This document shows positions 1 to 10,699 of a stretch of DNA of 64,000 bases, piece after piece (positions within the stretch are counted from its first letter, which is position 1; every line of letters begins with the position of its first letter). This stretch comes from a virus. The position numbers and the translations under genes are program-made. The notes under the pieces were generated by a model. That model did no database searches. It saw only the letters and a program-made list of their open reading frames with translations, and was not told the origin of the DNA. Location: UHGV virus genome UHGV-1350217; one strand, 5' to 3'.

Positions 1-3000
1 TGCTGATAAACTTCTAAAAGATGAAAGTAAAGAGTTTAGAAGTAAGTTTGTAAATGCTTCAGAGCAGCTTCCTGAGTTTAAGACTATAGATGATTTATTA
101 AAGACTATTGAAACTTATCAAGAGCATAGTATCTATGCTAAAGCACCTGCTTATAGTACAGATAAAGAGATAGAAGCTAAACCTAAGACAAAGTCTGAAA
201 CAGAGAAACTACTAGAGAATATAGATAAGAGTTTAAAGAATCTAGCTAATAGAGATAATGCTATTAATGAACATACTGGAGTAGAAACAAATCAGTCAGA
301 TGAATTAGATAATGTTTCAGATGAGTTAAAGACTGATATAACTACTCTAGGTAGTCCAGATACTGCACTGAACGATAGTGATGAAGCTATTAATAAACTT
401 ACTAATCAACTAGAGCTTTTATACTCTGCTAGTGATAATACATCAGTAGCTGATGCTATGATAGAGCTAGGTAGAGAATACAATATATCTAATGCTCAAA
501 TAGATTTTAGTGTTAGTATGATTAATAATCTCATAGCTCCTAAAGACCAAGCTAGATTCTTTAAAGACTCTTTGAAAGTCTATATCTCTAGAGATACTAA
601 TAGTAATACCTCAGGAACATTTACATTTAGTCCTACTAAAGACTTAGATAGAATATATCTAAATGCAGGTAAGACTAGTGCAGCAGGTAATAACATAGTA
701 GAGACCTATCTACACGAGTTAATTCACTCTATTATAGAACACGCTATAGCTGAGGGTAATCAAGAAGTAATCTCTGCTATGAATAAAGTAGAACAGCTAA
801 GAGATACTTTCTTAAAGACTCTAAAAACTAATGATGATAAATTGCTATTAGCCAATGAGTTAGGAATACAGGGTTCTAATGAGTTTAAACTAGAAGTAAT
901 CCAAAAGTCTTATATAGATTATATGTCTGAGAATCCTAATGAGTTTATAACTATAGGATTATCTAACCCTACTATCTTTGCTAGATTAAAAGCTATAGAA
1001 GTATCTAAACCTTATGAAGGTATTATAGATACTATTATTCAAGCTGTAAAGAATGCTCTAGATGCTATTATGAATAGACCTCTAGATATATCTCAAACAT
1101 CTAATACAGCTGCTGAAGCTTTGTATAAACTAACACAAACTATAGCTAAGAATAATAATAAGCTATATGATGAATATGTTAGTGCTAGAAAGAAAACTCT
1201 ACTTCAAAAAGTAGCCAATACTCTAGATAAAGCTAGCAATACTATGGTATCTAGATGGATAGATGATAAGAAAATTAAGCTATTAACTTCTAATAAACCT
1301 GATAGTACTAGCAGATTTAAGAACTTAATAGCACTATGTAAGATACTACCATTTGCATTGAAAAATCCAGTCTTAGGCAAACAAGCTAGAGAATATATGG
1401 GTAATGCCTTTAATCTAGGTTGGGGAGGATTTATATCTCAGACATTCTCATCTATGACTTCGCTAGATGATTATAAAAGAACAGTCAATACTCTAATAGC
1501 TGAAAGTCAAGATAACGATAAGAACAGAATATTGACTTTTAATGCTTTGCAAAAACAGCTAAGAGATGCCTTTAAGACTGAAATATCAGATGAAAATGCA
1601 AAATCCTTAGGTAGAGTAATTCTAACTAATGACTTAATCTCTGTATTCCCTACAGCTAAAGAGTTCTATACTGAATACTCTAGCCTAGATAAAAAAGAAA
1701 GAGACGCTAAGATAGATAAAGCTATCAAAGATGCTTCTATTAGACTAAGAGAGTTTGCTTATTTCAAGAATGGCAAATATAATCTAGGGTTACATCAGTT
1801 CTATGTTAATCAAGCTACTCTACTAGGAGAGTCTATAGCTACAGGAGAATATAACTATAATCAAGCTACTAATGCTCAGAATATAGCTCTAGGACTTAAC
1901 TATGAAGGAGTTAAGAGAGGAACAGCATTAGAGCCTAGAGATATTAATAGAGATGAGTTAATACACCTAATAGATAAAATAGCTACTCTAGAAGCTTTAA
2001 AACATACAGATGAGAATGCTATAGCAGACTTTAACTATCTATATAATACAGAGAAAGATGGAGTAGAGAATATCTTTACTATGCAGAAAGTCTATGCTAA
2101 AGGCTTAGAGGATGAACTAAAACTTCAAAACTCTGATGTATCTAATAAAATCAAAGGCTATACTAGAAGCATATCTAATAGAGCTGTAGACGTACAGATA
2201 GCTAGACTAATAGATAGAGATGATATGCTAAAGCAAGGCTATGAATTAGTCCAAGAATATAACGGCATAGGAGTAGATAGAGATGCTCTAGGTATGTATG
2301 TATCTAGAACTAACGTTAAACCTGCATATAATAGAGGTGTCTTTAGAACTACAGGAGGTTCTAATAGAGGTCTTACTATTACCTCTAGTGTAGATTATCT
2401 ACTAGAAGGTAAATCCCTAGAGGAAAAGAATGCTTATATTCAGAATATACTACGTAGAATACAACAAGGAAAGATAAATGGTAAGTTTGTACCTATCTAT
2501 GATGCTAGAGGTGTAGTAATAGATTATCGTATGATGATACCTCAAGCTATCAAAGAACAGCTAGAGTTTACAGATACTAATGTATTTAATGTAATTCCTA
2601 CTATGGTAGCTAGATATTGGGATAAGACAGAGAGTGATGCTTTCAATAAAAAAGCCTTGAATGAGTTACACTCAATGTGGCTAAAAGATAGAAACACTAA
2701 TAACTTCATCTATCTAGGTGCTGAGGATATGGAAATTATGAATAGAGCTAGTAATGGTAAATCTAGAATTAAACCTAAAGATTTAGAAAAACTCAAGGAA
2801 TCTTGGGATTTACTACCTCAAAGTACTAAAGCTTATATCTATGAGCAATTCCCTGATATGCATCACGGTATCTATATCAGAGAGGATTTACTAGCTTCTA
2901 TAGCAGGAAGTAGAGATATTAGACTTACAGAAAGTGAAGCATTTAAACGTATAGTTCCAGATAAAGCTAATCAGCATTTAGCTAACCTAGTAGAGTTTGG

Positions 3001-3928
3001 TATTATCAAACTAGCTAAGCAAATAAGACAGAAACTAGTAGTTAAAAATCCTGAAGTTATCCTAGGTAATATTGCTTCTAATCAGTATATTCTAACGTCT
3101 TATGGTATAACTCCTATGCAGACAGCTAAATACTTTGGAGAAGGAATAGACCTAATAGATAAATACAATAGAGATAATGAAGCTTATCTATCAGCCTATA
3201 GAGCTTATAAGTTAAGCAATAATGACCTTAGATTAAAGAGAAAGTATGAAATATATCTCAAAGCTATGCAAGATAACCCTATCTATGAGTTTGATAAGAG
3301 AGGTTTAATATCAGATATTACTGATGAATTACCATCTCAAAATGATATGGATAAAGACTTCATAGATAAAAAACTTACAGAGACTGCTGATAAGCTAGCT
3401 ATACCTCAAGCATTTAGAGATGCCTTTGATGTATTAATGGTCAATGAAGGAACTCAATTACATAAAGCTTATAGTACAGTAATCAAATACTCTGACTTAC
3501 TAGCTAGATATTCTCTATGGAAGCATCTAATGGCTAATAAAGGTAAAGATGATAGTACTATCAAGACAGATACAGAAATATGGGATTTATTAGATAAGGC
3601 ATTTATTAACTACTCTACACAAGACCATCCATATCTAAAATATGCTAATGATATAGGTTTTGCTAGATTTACCAAATATTGGATTAGAGCTCAGAACTAT
3701 ATAGCTAATGGTCTGCTGGGTACCAAACTAGCTACTACTATGCTATCACTAGCTACACAAGCTATGACAGGTATAAAGATAGAAAGCCCGTTGAATGTGA
3801 TATTAGGCAAAAAGCTATTTGGCTATCATACATTTACATTGCCATTAGTAGATGATATAGCTGAGATAGTAGCTGACCCTATTAATCTAGACAATCCATT
3901 GCAGTATATTAATAGCTACTTTAAATAA
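1..3928 (+). CDS. 3' portion (at least 1309 codons) of a giant ORF that is open from window position 2 and stops at 3926-3928. Probably the C-terminal part of a giant virion protein, an N4-like virion RNA polymerase (vRNAP) candidate.
   Basis: Frame 2 reads without stops from nt 2 to the listed ORF start at 458 and on to TAA at 3928. Codon usage matches the rest of the phage. Same strand and frame continuity with the giant ORF at 57261-64000. The gene upstream of it is convergent. No catalytic motif recognised in this part. Confidence 0.5.
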   Translation, partial: ADKLLKDESKEFRSKFVNASEQLPEFKTIDDLLKTIETYQEHSIYAKAPAYSTDKEIEAKPKTKSETEKLLENIDKSLKNLANRDNAINEHTGVETNQSDELDNVSDELKTDITTLGSPDTALNDSDEAINKLTNQLELLYSASDNTSVADAMIELGREYNISNAQIDFSVSMINNLIAPKDQARFFKDSLKVYISRDTNSNTSGTFTFSPTKDLDRIYLNAGKTSAAGNNIVETYLHELIHSIIEHAIAEGNQEVISAMNKVEQLRDTFLKTLKTNDDKLLLANELGIQGSNEFKLEVIQKSYIDYMSENPNEFITIGLSNPTIFARLKAIEVSKPYEGIIDTIIQAVKNALDAIMNRPLDISQTSNTAAEALYKLTQTIAKNNNKLYDEYVSARKKTLLQKVANTLDKASNTMVSRWIDDKKIKLLTSNKPDSTSRFKNLIALCKILPFALKNPVLGKQAREYMGNAFNLGWGGFISQTFSSMTSLDDYKRTVNTLIAESQDNDKNRILTFNALQKQLRDAFKTEISDENAKSLGRVILTNDLISVFPTAKEFYTEYSSLDKKERDAKIDKAIKDASIRLREFAYFKNGKYNLGLHQFYVNQATLLGESIATGEYNYNQATNAQNIALGLNYEGVKRGTALEPRDINRDELIHLIDKIATLEALKHTDENAIADFNYLYNTEKDGVENIFTMQKVYAKGLEDELKLQNSDVSNKIKGYTRSISNRAVDVQIARLIDRDDMLKQGYELVQEYNGIGVDRDALGMYVSRTNVKPAYNRGVFRTTGGSNRGLTITSSVDYLLEGKSLEEKNAYIQNILRRIQQGKINGKFVPIYDARGVVIDYRMMIPQAIKEQLEFTDTNVFNVIPTMVARYWDKTESDAFNKKALNELHSMWLKDRNTNNFIYLGAEDMEIMNRASNGKSRIKPKDLEKLKESWDLLPQSTKAYIYEQFPDMHHGIYIREDLLASIAGSRDIRLTESEAFKRIVPDKANQHLANLVEFGIIKLAKQIRQKLVVKNPEVILGNIASNQYILTSYGITPMQTAKYFGEGIDLIDKYNRDNEAYLSAYRAYKLSNNDLRLKRKYEIYLKAMQDNPIYEFDKRGLISDITDELPSQNDMDKDFIDKKLTETADKLAIPQAFRDAFDVLMVNEGTQLHKAYSTVIKYSDLLARYSLWKHLMANKGKDDSTIKTDTEIWDLLDKAFINYSTQDHPYLKYANDIGFARFTKYWIRAQNYIANGLLGTKLATTMLSLATQAMTGIKIESPLNVILGKKLFGYHTFTLPLVDDIAEIVADPINLDNPLQYINSYFK

Positions 3929-3936
3929 TATAAAAA

Positions 3937-3985
3937 CCCCTCTAGTAAAGGAATATGAAACGAACAACATAGAAACCTAGAGGGG
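3937..3985 (-). terminator. Long-loop hairpin (9-bp stem CCCCTCTAG / CTAGAGGGG, about 31-nt loop) in the convergent gap between the giant ORF stop and the HU-like gene stop. Candidate transcription terminator.
   Basis: Perfect 9-bp GC-rich inverted repeat read directly in the sequence. A T-run follows on the minus strand (AAAAA precedes the stem on the plus strand). Located where the plus and minus transcription units converge. Confidence 0.3.
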
Positions 3986-4080
3986 AAATTAAGGAAGTTA
4001 CATAATCTTGGATAGAGCCCTTAGGACGTGTTACTAGCTGGGGAGTAAAGCTCTATTACTGCTAGAGAACCAAGACAACA

Positions 4081-4344
4081 TTATTTTACCATACGACGAA
4101 GTCTTTTGCAAGCTCTAAATCTAATAACATTGATTTTATAGTCTTTTTTATTTGTAAAACCACCTGCACCAGTTCGTTCGGTAATTCTAAAAGTACCTAG
4201 ATTAGCTATCTTAACATTATCTCTTTTGAGTAAACCTTTGCCTATCTCATCGATTAACGCATTAATTACTAATCTAACATCTTTCTTAGTAAAGTTAAGC
4301 TTGTCAGCAACATTAGCAGCTAAATCCTCTTTATAAATAACCAT
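4081..4344 (-). CDS. HU/IHF-family histone-like DNA-binding protein
   Basis: Sequence MVIYKEDLAANVADKLNFTKKDVRLVINALIDEIGKGLLKRDNVKIANLGTFRITERTGAGGFTNKKDYKINVIRFRA matches the HU fold pattern (GxF arm, RNP...K). The true start is the internal ATG at 4344, preceded by AGGAGA 6 nt upstream. The track's start at 4386 is an upstream artefact. Confidence 0.75.
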   Translation of the reverse strand: MVIYKEDLAANVADKLNFTKKDVRLVINALIDEIGKGLLKRDNVKIANLGTFRITERTGAGGFTNKKDYKINVIRFRACKRLRRMVK

Positions 4345-4588
4345 AAAGAATCTCCTCATAGTGAAATATAAATGGAAGTATAGCATAAATGAAAGGGATT
4401 AAACTCTCTTAGATGATTTATGACAAATAAAAGCGTGAAATTAATTCTTAAGGAGCGAGAATCTAATCCCTAGATTATATGTTCCAATGAACACATAATT
4501 TAGAAATCCCTCTAGAATAGGGGAAACTAGAGAGATTCTCGAAAAGGACTATTCACTCTATGAAAGAGTGAACGTATTATACCATAAA

Positions 4589-5272
4589 TTAGAATGGTAA
4601 ATTAGATGTATCTGTAGAAGGAGTCGATGTAGCAGCTTTAGAGCCGTTTAGGAAAGCTTCTACTTCCTCTTTAGTTAGATATTTATCTATCTTATCTTGA
4701 TGAGCATACTTCTCATCCTTGGCTAGTTGAGTACCTGCTGGAATAGATTTATCTAGTATTTCACTAGCGTGAACTCCATCAGTAGTATAGAAATCTTGAA
4801 TAACAAACTTCTTTTTAATCTGTCCATTATATTTGCTAATATCTCTTCTAATTCTAACTTTTACTTTAGCACCTTCAAAGTCTTGTAAGACTTTAATCTC
4901 TGGAGCTACTAGTTGCTTAGCAGCTTCAGCATTTTTTTTATAAGTAAAGTAAGGGTCTTGGTCTGTAGCTACTGCTACCTCATCTACTTTAAGTAAATCT
5001 ACTCCTAGAATAGTAGCTAGTCTAATAAAGATATTCCTCTCAAAGTTAGCTTTTCCATCGTTATTATCTAGCTTTAATCCCCATAGAATACCTTTATTAC
5101 CATTGTAGTCATATAGAAAGTTTAAGCTTCTAGCTTTATCAGCATTTCTACTTACTACTACTGCTTCTATAGTGATATCATAGATACCACTCTCACTAAT
5201 ATAAGGACTAAACTCCTTAACCTTAACTGCTTCATTGATGTCTGCTACATCATTTTTACTAAATAATGCCAT
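4589..5272 (-). CDS. Hypothetical protein. Possible single-strand DNA-binding or recombination mediator, by its position next to the ATPase/exonuclease module.
   Basis: 227-aa ORF with phage-typical codon usage and no recognisable motif. The functional guess rests on position only. Confidence 0.45.
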   Translation of the reverse strand: MALFSKNDVADINEAVKVKEFSPYISESGIYDITIEAVVVSRNADKARSLNFLYDYNGNKGILWGLKLDNNDGKANFERNIFIRLATILGVDLLKVDEVAVATDQDPYFTYKKNAEAAKQLVAPEIKVLQDFEGAKVKVRIRRDISKYNGQIKKKFVIQDFYTTDGVHASEILDKSIPAGTQLAKDEKYAHQDKIDKYLTKEEVEAFLNGSKAATSTPSTDTSNLPF

Positions 5273-5285
5273 ATCGTTCCTTTCA

Positions 5286-5951
5286 TTATAGTTCGTCGAT
5301 ATTTACTACTCGATTATGTATATCAGCAATATATTTGTTAATATCAAACTCTTGCTGTTGCATAATCACCTCACTCTTGCATCCTACTTGTCTGCAAGGA
5401 AACTTCTTTAACGGGTCAGAGATAGCTACAATACGCTTACCTTTCTCAACCCCTAAATAAATAGCTTCATCAAATACTGACAACCATCCGTCATTATCTC
5501 TGAAGCTACCTTGAGCAGGTATTGTTATTCTCCCACTATCTCTGTCTGTTACTGTATGTGCTAAGCATACTATATTGATACCTTTATCGCATAGAGTATT
5601 AAGATATTTGTTAAAGATATAGGTATCCTCTAGTATGCGTTGATGAGATTGATAGCCACTAAATGTCTTAGAATTATAATGTACTAGTGATGTATAAAAT
5701 CTAGTGATAGTATCAAATACTATGTATTCAGGTAATTTTTTAAACTTCTCTTTATAAGCTACTATCTTAGAATTACACCAATCCATAAAATCATTAATGC
5801 CATTATATTCTTTAAGACTAGCTACGATAGTCTTAGGCATAGTATAAGGTTTTTCATCTAGATTAATTACTAAAGCATTTTTTATATCCGCTGCTATAGT
5901 AGTTTTACCACTAGCTGCTGAACCACATATTAGAAACTTAATTCCATTCAT
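5286..5951 (-). CDS. RecA-like P-loop ATPase (AAA_24 / Sak4-like recombination ATPase)
   Basis: Walker A motif ICGSAASGKTT near the N-terminus. About 220-aa size typical of phage AAA_24 proteins. Sits beside a PD-(D/E)XK exonuclease. Confidence 0.6.
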   Translation of the reverse strand: MNGIKFLICGSAASGKTTIAADIKNALVINLDEKPYTMPKTIVASLKEYNGINDFMDWCNSKIVAYKEKFKKLPEYIVFDTITRFYTSLVHYNSKTFSGYQSHQRILEDTYIFNKYLNTLCDKGINIVCLAHTVTDRDSGRITIPAQGSFRDNDGWLSVFDEAIYLGVEKGKRIVAISDPLKKFPCRQVGCKSEVIMQQQEFDINKYIADIHNRVVNIDEL

Positions 5952-5960
5952 TAACTCTCC

Positions 5961-6776
5961 TTAAAAGTTTATAGTTACATCAGGTTTTAGTCTATAGTCT
6001 GCATAGAGTAAATAAACTAATTCAGGTTTAGCTTTACCCATCAGGTAAGTATCTGCTATTAGATGAATATAATCATCTATAAACCTCATATCATCATCTG
6101 TAATAGATTGAGTAATAGGTACTACTTTAGATGGATAATCTTTTAAGGGCTTACCTGTCTTTTCACTTATTCTACCCTCTATATTATGAGTTATCCAGAC
6201 TATTCTAATGTTATTAACTTCTATACCTAGTTTTCTATATATCCAAGCATAAGTAAGCATTTGCCATTTATAATTATTAGGGATATATTCTCTAGGGCTA
6301 GACATAGAAGTAGTCTTGAAGTCTACTAGAGTATCCCCTATAATAGCATCAGCTGTTCCTCCTACATAGACATCATCTGTTAATTTTACAGCTATTCTAT
6401 CCTCACTTCTTTCAGGAATACCAAAGAGATTTAAATACTCTATCAGTGCTTTACCCATAGGTTCTAATTGGCTTAATATAAAAGCCTTATCTAAATCAGG
6501 AATAAGCATACTCATATCATCTACATAAGCTTTCAATTCATCTAAATTAACTTCTCTATTCTTGATATATCTCTCTGCTATTCTATGAACACAACTTCCT
6601 AATACTGTAGAAGTATTACCTATAAACTCACCAGATTCACCTAGAACTTGAGTTCTATACCATTCCCACTTTCTCTCATTGAAGCCATATATCATACTAG
6701 GGGATATTCTAAAGGCATTATCAGGTATTAAATCAGCATAGTTCTCTTGATAATTCATAGATTTCATTTCTTGCAT
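5961..6776 (-). CDS. PD-(D/E)XK family nuclease (phage RecB/Cas4-like exonuclease)
   Basis: Motifs GSCVHRIAERY (QhxxY-like) and IGDTLVDFKTTS (D..D.K catalytic signature). Confidence 0.6.
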   Translation of the reverse strand: MQEMKSMNYQENYADLIPDNAFRISPSMIYGFNERKWEWYRTQVLGESGEFIGNTSTVLGSCVHRIAERYIKNREVNLDELKAYVDDMSMLIPDLDKAFILSQLEPMGKALIEYLNLFGIPERSEDRIAVKLTDDVYVGGTADAIIGDTLVDFKTTSMSSPREYIPNNYKWQMLTYAWIYRKLGIEVNNIRIVWITHNIEGRISEKTGKPLKDYPSKVVPITQSITDDDMRFIDDYIHLIADTYLMGKAKPELVYLLYADYRLKPDVTINF

Positions 6777-7114
6777 ATAACACCTCTATCATCTATCTCA
6801 TAGCCTAGAGTTTTAATTCTCTTTTCTAGGAACTTTTTATCAAACTTATTACCTACTAGAGTCATAATATAATCTATAGTCCTACTAGATAAATCTAATG
6901 CAGGTTGAGCTGCTAGAGCTATAGCATCATCTATTAGTTTCTGACCTAAGAACTCATCTGATTTAACATTGCTAGTAGATAGATTTAATGGGGGTATACT
7001 AGCCTTAAAAGCTTTTAAATCCTCTAGTTGCTTAGACAATACAGATTCCTCTTTCTTTAGTATTCCTAGAATAATCTTTAATTCCTCTAGGTCTAATGTT
7101 ATTTGAACATTCAT
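6764..7114 (-). CDS. Hypothetical protein
   Basis: 116-aa ORF overlapping its neighbours by a few nt within the operon; no motif recognised. Confidence 0.45.
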   Translation of the reverse strand: MNVQITLDLEELKIILGILKKEESVLSKQLEDLKAFKASIPPLNLSTSNVKSDEFLGQKLIDDAIALAAQPALDLSSRTIDYIMTLVGNKFDKKFLEKRIKTLGYEIDDRGVICKK

Positions 7115-8286
7115 TTCAATCCTTTCTTTAAAGTTTTATAATCTCTCTTTTCACCTATAAATAGATGAGCTTTATAAGACATTCTAGATATAGCTACATA
7201 GATAAGTCTTAGATACTCCTCTAAGCTAATAGGCTTATTGTAATGATTATATTTAGATGGAACTCTAAATAGCTGTTGATATATATCTCTAACATCTACA
7301 AAGACTTCCTCTATAGTCATACCTTGAGCTTTATGGACTGTAGAAGCAAAGACCTGTTTAGGATGATATATCATATCCATTTCTTGCCAGTATGCTTCAG
7401 GAGTCTTATATTGTTTCATATGATTTTCTAAAGCAGTCTTAGTCTTATAGACTTTGATTGGATAAGTATTATACTCAAATGAAACTAACATTGAGTAATA
7501 ATCAGGAAACTCATCTAGAGATATTATTTCAACTATATCTCCATTCCTAGCGCTTCCTAAGGGCTTATCTATAACTAGCATATCTCCTACACTAAACTTA
7601 GCTTGATTAATATTGGCATTATAACTATCTACTACTTTATTGCTATAGGCTAATATTCGTTTATGCCTATTAGAAGCCAAATAAGCTATGCAGAATGCTT
7701 TATGGTCATCATAGGCTATGATACCCTTAGGTAAGTTCTCTGATAGCTTGTAGAGTTTCCTAGAGGATATAGAATGCCTTAACGATTCTAACCACTCTTG
7801 AACCTCTGGATTATCTACTTGTCTCATATTCTCTACTAGAGTAATAACACTAGCATTACTAGGAATGCTAGCTTTAATACCTATAGCAGGTAATTGAGAT
7901 AAGTCTCCTACTAAGATAATCTTTCTATAAGAAGCATTTAGAATAGCATTAAGGACATTTTGAGTAAGCATAGAGAACTCATCTATAATAATAACCTTAG
8001 ATACTAATGGCTCTCTTACTTGACTAAGATATTCACTAATACCATTACGAGTCATAACAAACCCTGCTATAGAATGAGTTGTATAGCATTTCTTACCTAT
8101 TTTAGATTCTAGCAATGACTTAGCTTTATTAGTAGTAGCTGTAATGAAGCAGTCTTTTAAAACTTTAGCTAGTTCAGATATGAGAAAACTCTTACCTGAA
8201 CCAGCATTACCTAATATAGCTACTACTCTAGGTTTATCAGTTAGACATAGATTATAAGCCTCTTGTTGTAGTTTATTTAATTCCAT
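7111..8286 (-). CDS. Superfamily 1B DNA helicase (Dda/RecD/Pif1-like)
   Basis: Walker A GNAGSGKSFL. Motif II/III region KIILVGDLSQLPAIG. C-terminal TVHKAQGMTIEEVFVD typical of RecD/Dda helicases. ATG start at 8284-8286 confirmed. Confidence 0.75.
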   Translation of the reverse strand: MELNKLQQEAYNLCLTDKPRVVAILGNAGSGKSFLISELAKVLKDCFITATTNKAKSLLESKIGKKCYTTHSIAGFVMTRNGISEYLSQVREPLVSKVIIIDEFSMLTQNVLNAILNASYRKIILVGDLSQLPAIGIKASIPSNASVITLVENMRQVDNPEVQEWLESLRHSISSRKLYKLSENLPKGIIAYDDHKAFCIAYLASNRHKRILAYSNKVVDSYNANINQAKFSVGDMLVIDKPLGSARNGDIVEIISLDEFPDYYSMLVSFEYNTYPIKVYKTKTALENHMKQYKTPEAYWQEMDMIYHPKQVFASTVHKAQGMTIEEVFVDVRDIYQQLFRVPSKYNHYNKPISLEEYLRLIYVAISRMSYKAHLFIGEKRDYKTLKKGLK

Positions 8287-10484
8287 TTCATTACCTGTGA
8301 GATGATAGTACTACGTAGTCTAGCTTCAGGCATAGGGTAAGTCCAATATGAATTAATTTCGTAAACTAAATTAATAATATCCTCATTAGACATTCCTAGT
8401 TCCTTAGCCATTCTAGCAGCTCTCCATAAAGCTACACTTCCTTTACCTTGTGGAGCATTAAATGCAAAGTCAAATGTAGCTTGAGGATTTTCTAATTGAG
8501 TAGCTTTCTGTTCAGCTGTCAAATCACTAGGAGAGATATAGCTATTAGTATCCTCTAGACCCTTAGCTATTAATAAAAACTCTCTAGCCTCTAACGGATT
8601 AGCATTAGTTACTGATAAGACATTTCTACCAGAATAAGAATAATATATTTGACTTCTAGGGAGAATATCAGCATTCAAACCTAGAAAGTCTGATATAGCT
8701 TTAATAAACCCTTTATACTCTATATCATTTAACTCTACTAAGCTATCTAATTCTAATAAGACTCTATATTTATAGGCATTATTAGCATCACTAGTTCTTA
8801 CTATATGATGATTAAACTCTTTTAAAAAATCATCAACCATCTCATCATCAAAATTAGAGTTATCTATATCTAAAGCTATCCATTTAATTTTTCCATATAC
8901 ATTAGCATTGCTTCTAATTCCATTCTTAAACTTAAATGGAGTATAAGCAAAGTCTTTTTGGAGCATATCAGCTAGTCTAGAGAAAGGTAACTCTGCTGAC
9001 TGATATCCACTAGCACACATAGCTTTACGTTGTTCTTTATCACCACTAACAGATACAAAAGATACATTTACTAAATCAGTTTTGATTATTTTCTTATAGT
9101 CTATTCCATCAGTAGATACTTCAAAATAGCCTTTATCATCTACACTATTAGCAAACTTTACTAAGTCTTTTAGAGTGTTATCTACATTTCTAATAGATGG
9201 AATAAAACCTAATTTCTTTAACTGATGTAGGTTTAGACTGAATACTTTATCTATAGTAGTGGATTGTTCTGCTAGAGTAACTAACATTTGATAAGGCTCT
9301 TTAGCTAATTCTTTTTCAAATAAGACTATATCATCTAAAATAGACTCAGTAAAGCTAATAGCTTCTTTATATTCTAGTTCTGTTATAGTATCTAAGCCTT
9401 TTAGTAAAGCCAATGCTCCAGCTAATTTAAATGCTCTCCAATAAGCGTGAGTTCTATTAAGCCTAGATATATTAAGAGTCTTATCTAGTTTCTCAGCAGA
9501 TTCAGAGCAATATGTTTTATACACTAGCATTAATTGAGAACAAGTAGGAGTCATAGTTATATTTTGACCTACTTTAGCTATTTCCCTAAGAGCTATATTT
9601 CTAAAGATATCTTGCAAGTTTCTTACTGTTTGATATGCTAAATCCTCTCTAGCTACAGCAGCATTAATCATATCTCTAACACTAGCATATTCAACTTCAT
9701 CATTAGCTACTGGAATAAAGCAAAAGAAAGACCTTCTAGATAACTTAGAGTTAAACTGCTTAGAAAACTCTCTCTTAGCTTTTTCATCATAGAATAAGAT
9801 ATCAGGAGATGACATAAATAGACCACTGAATGGTAGATTTTTAATCTCTTTAGACTGAGATTGTTTAGATTTAATAATCTTAACTTCTTTCTTACCTTCA
9901 TCATACATCTCTGATAATAAAGTTAGATTACTAAGCAAACTAGAGCTATTCTGTAATTCAGAAGTAAACTCTCCTGTATAGATAAATCCTGCTCCTATAC
10001 CATCATCATCTAGAGTATTTAGATGAGCTATAAGACCTTCATTAGTGCTAAGAGAGGCAAATAATGGATTAGGAGCATCATAATATTTCATATATTCGCT
10101 AGCATCATCAAATCTAACTTTCTTAGCTTGCTTAGCTAGTTCTTTTGCTCTATCTATAGCTTTATCAGTTCTAATTTTATTAATCTCATCATAGCCTTCT
10201 TTGAAGCATCTATGAATTAGATTAACACTAGAATCCTTACCTAGACCACTAGGGGATAAGATAAAACTAATAGCATTAATAGGAATAAGACTTCCATTGT
10301 AATGCACTAAGCTTCTATGAAATTGAGAAGCAAATAAAATAGCTTCATTAACAGCTATCATTAGTTTCATCTTGTCGTTAATTCTAGGGTCTGTAATGAC
10401 GTTAGCTAAGTCATATATAGTCTTAGGTATTGGAGTATTAAAAGCATTCTGACTTACTAATTCTTGTTTTAATTTTTCAAGCAT
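8277..10484 (-). CDS. Replication protein with a C-terminal primase-polymerase (AEP-like) domain. Putative DNA primase.
   Basis: 735 aa. WIALDIDNSNFDDE resembles the acidic DxD motif of prim-pol domains. Positioned immediately upstream of the helicase. Domain assignment not verified. Confidence 0.45.
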   Translation of the reverse strand: MLEKLKQELVSQNAFNTPIPKTIYDLANVITDPRINDKMKLMIAVNEAILFASQFHRSLVHYNGSLIPINAISFILSPSGLGKDSSVNLIHRCFKEGYDEINKIRTDKAIDRAKELAKQAKKVRFDDASEYMKYYDAPNPLFASLSTNEGLIAHLNTLDDDGIGAGFIYTGEFTSELQNSSSLLSNLTLLSEMYDEGKKEVKIIKSKQSQSKEIKNLPFSGLFMSSPDILFYDEKAKREFSKQFNSKLSRRSFFCFIPVANDEVEYASVRDMINAAVAREDLAYQTVRNLQDIFRNIALREIAKVGQNITMTPTCSQLMLVYKTYCSESAEKLDKTLNISRLNRTHAYWRAFKLAGALALLKGLDTITELEYKEAISFTESILDDIVLFEKELAKEPYQMLVTLAEQSTTIDKVFSLNLHQLKKLGFIPSIRNVDNTLKDLVKFANSVDDKGYFEVSTDGIDYKKIIKTDLVNVSFVSVSGDKEQRKAMCASGYQSAELPFSRLADMLQKDFAYTPFKFKNGIRSNANVYGKIKWIALDIDNSNFDDEMVDDFLKEFNHHIVRTSDANNAYKYRVLLELDSLVELNDIEYKGFIKAISDFLGLNADILPRSQIYYSYSGRNVLSVTNANPLEAREFLLIAKGLEDTNSYISPSDLTAEQKATQLENPQATFDFAFNAPQGKGSVALWRAARMAKELGMSNEDIINLVYEINSYWTYPMPEARLRSTIISQVMKWN

Positions 10485-10699
10485 CTACATAGTCCTAAAT
10501 AGTTAAAAGTAGCAGATATAAGAGGATTAGAGGGTATCTCCTCTAGATTTAAAGTATCCTCTTTATAATTACTAATCTGTTCATAATAATGAGCTTTCCC
10601 CTCTGTATCAAAAGCCTTATAGTAATTTAAATTGCTATAGACTTTATGATACTTCTCTGTAAGATACTCCTCTAGTTCTGATAGTTTATTAAAGAGCAT
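10469..10699 (-). CDS. Hypothetical small protein
   Basis: 76-aa ORF in operon context. Confidence 0.35.
   Translation of the reverse strand: MLFNKLSELEEYLTEKYHKVYSNLNYYKAFDTEGKAHYYEQISNYKEDTLNLEEIPSNPLISATFNYLGLCRCLKN

Noticed and set aside
5266-5460. Short ORFs on the strand opposite to long, well-supported genes: 5266-5460, 9707-9904, 12990-13250, 13081-13272, 20557-20787, 26796-26990, 27298-27480, 28875-29060, 34059-34244, 35512-35856, 36013-36336, 39702-39893, 43506-43706, 44185-44406, 46713-46946, 47522-47746, 48480-48701, 48769-48981, 51046-51318, 52506-52727, 53246-53443, and 58370 through 63079 on the minus strand
   Set aside because: Each lies entirely antisense to, or inside, a long ORF with recognisable motifs and good ribosome-binding sites. 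Their composition is low-complexity (Ser/Leu/Ile/Phe-rich), typical of antisense reading of AT-rich coding DNA.
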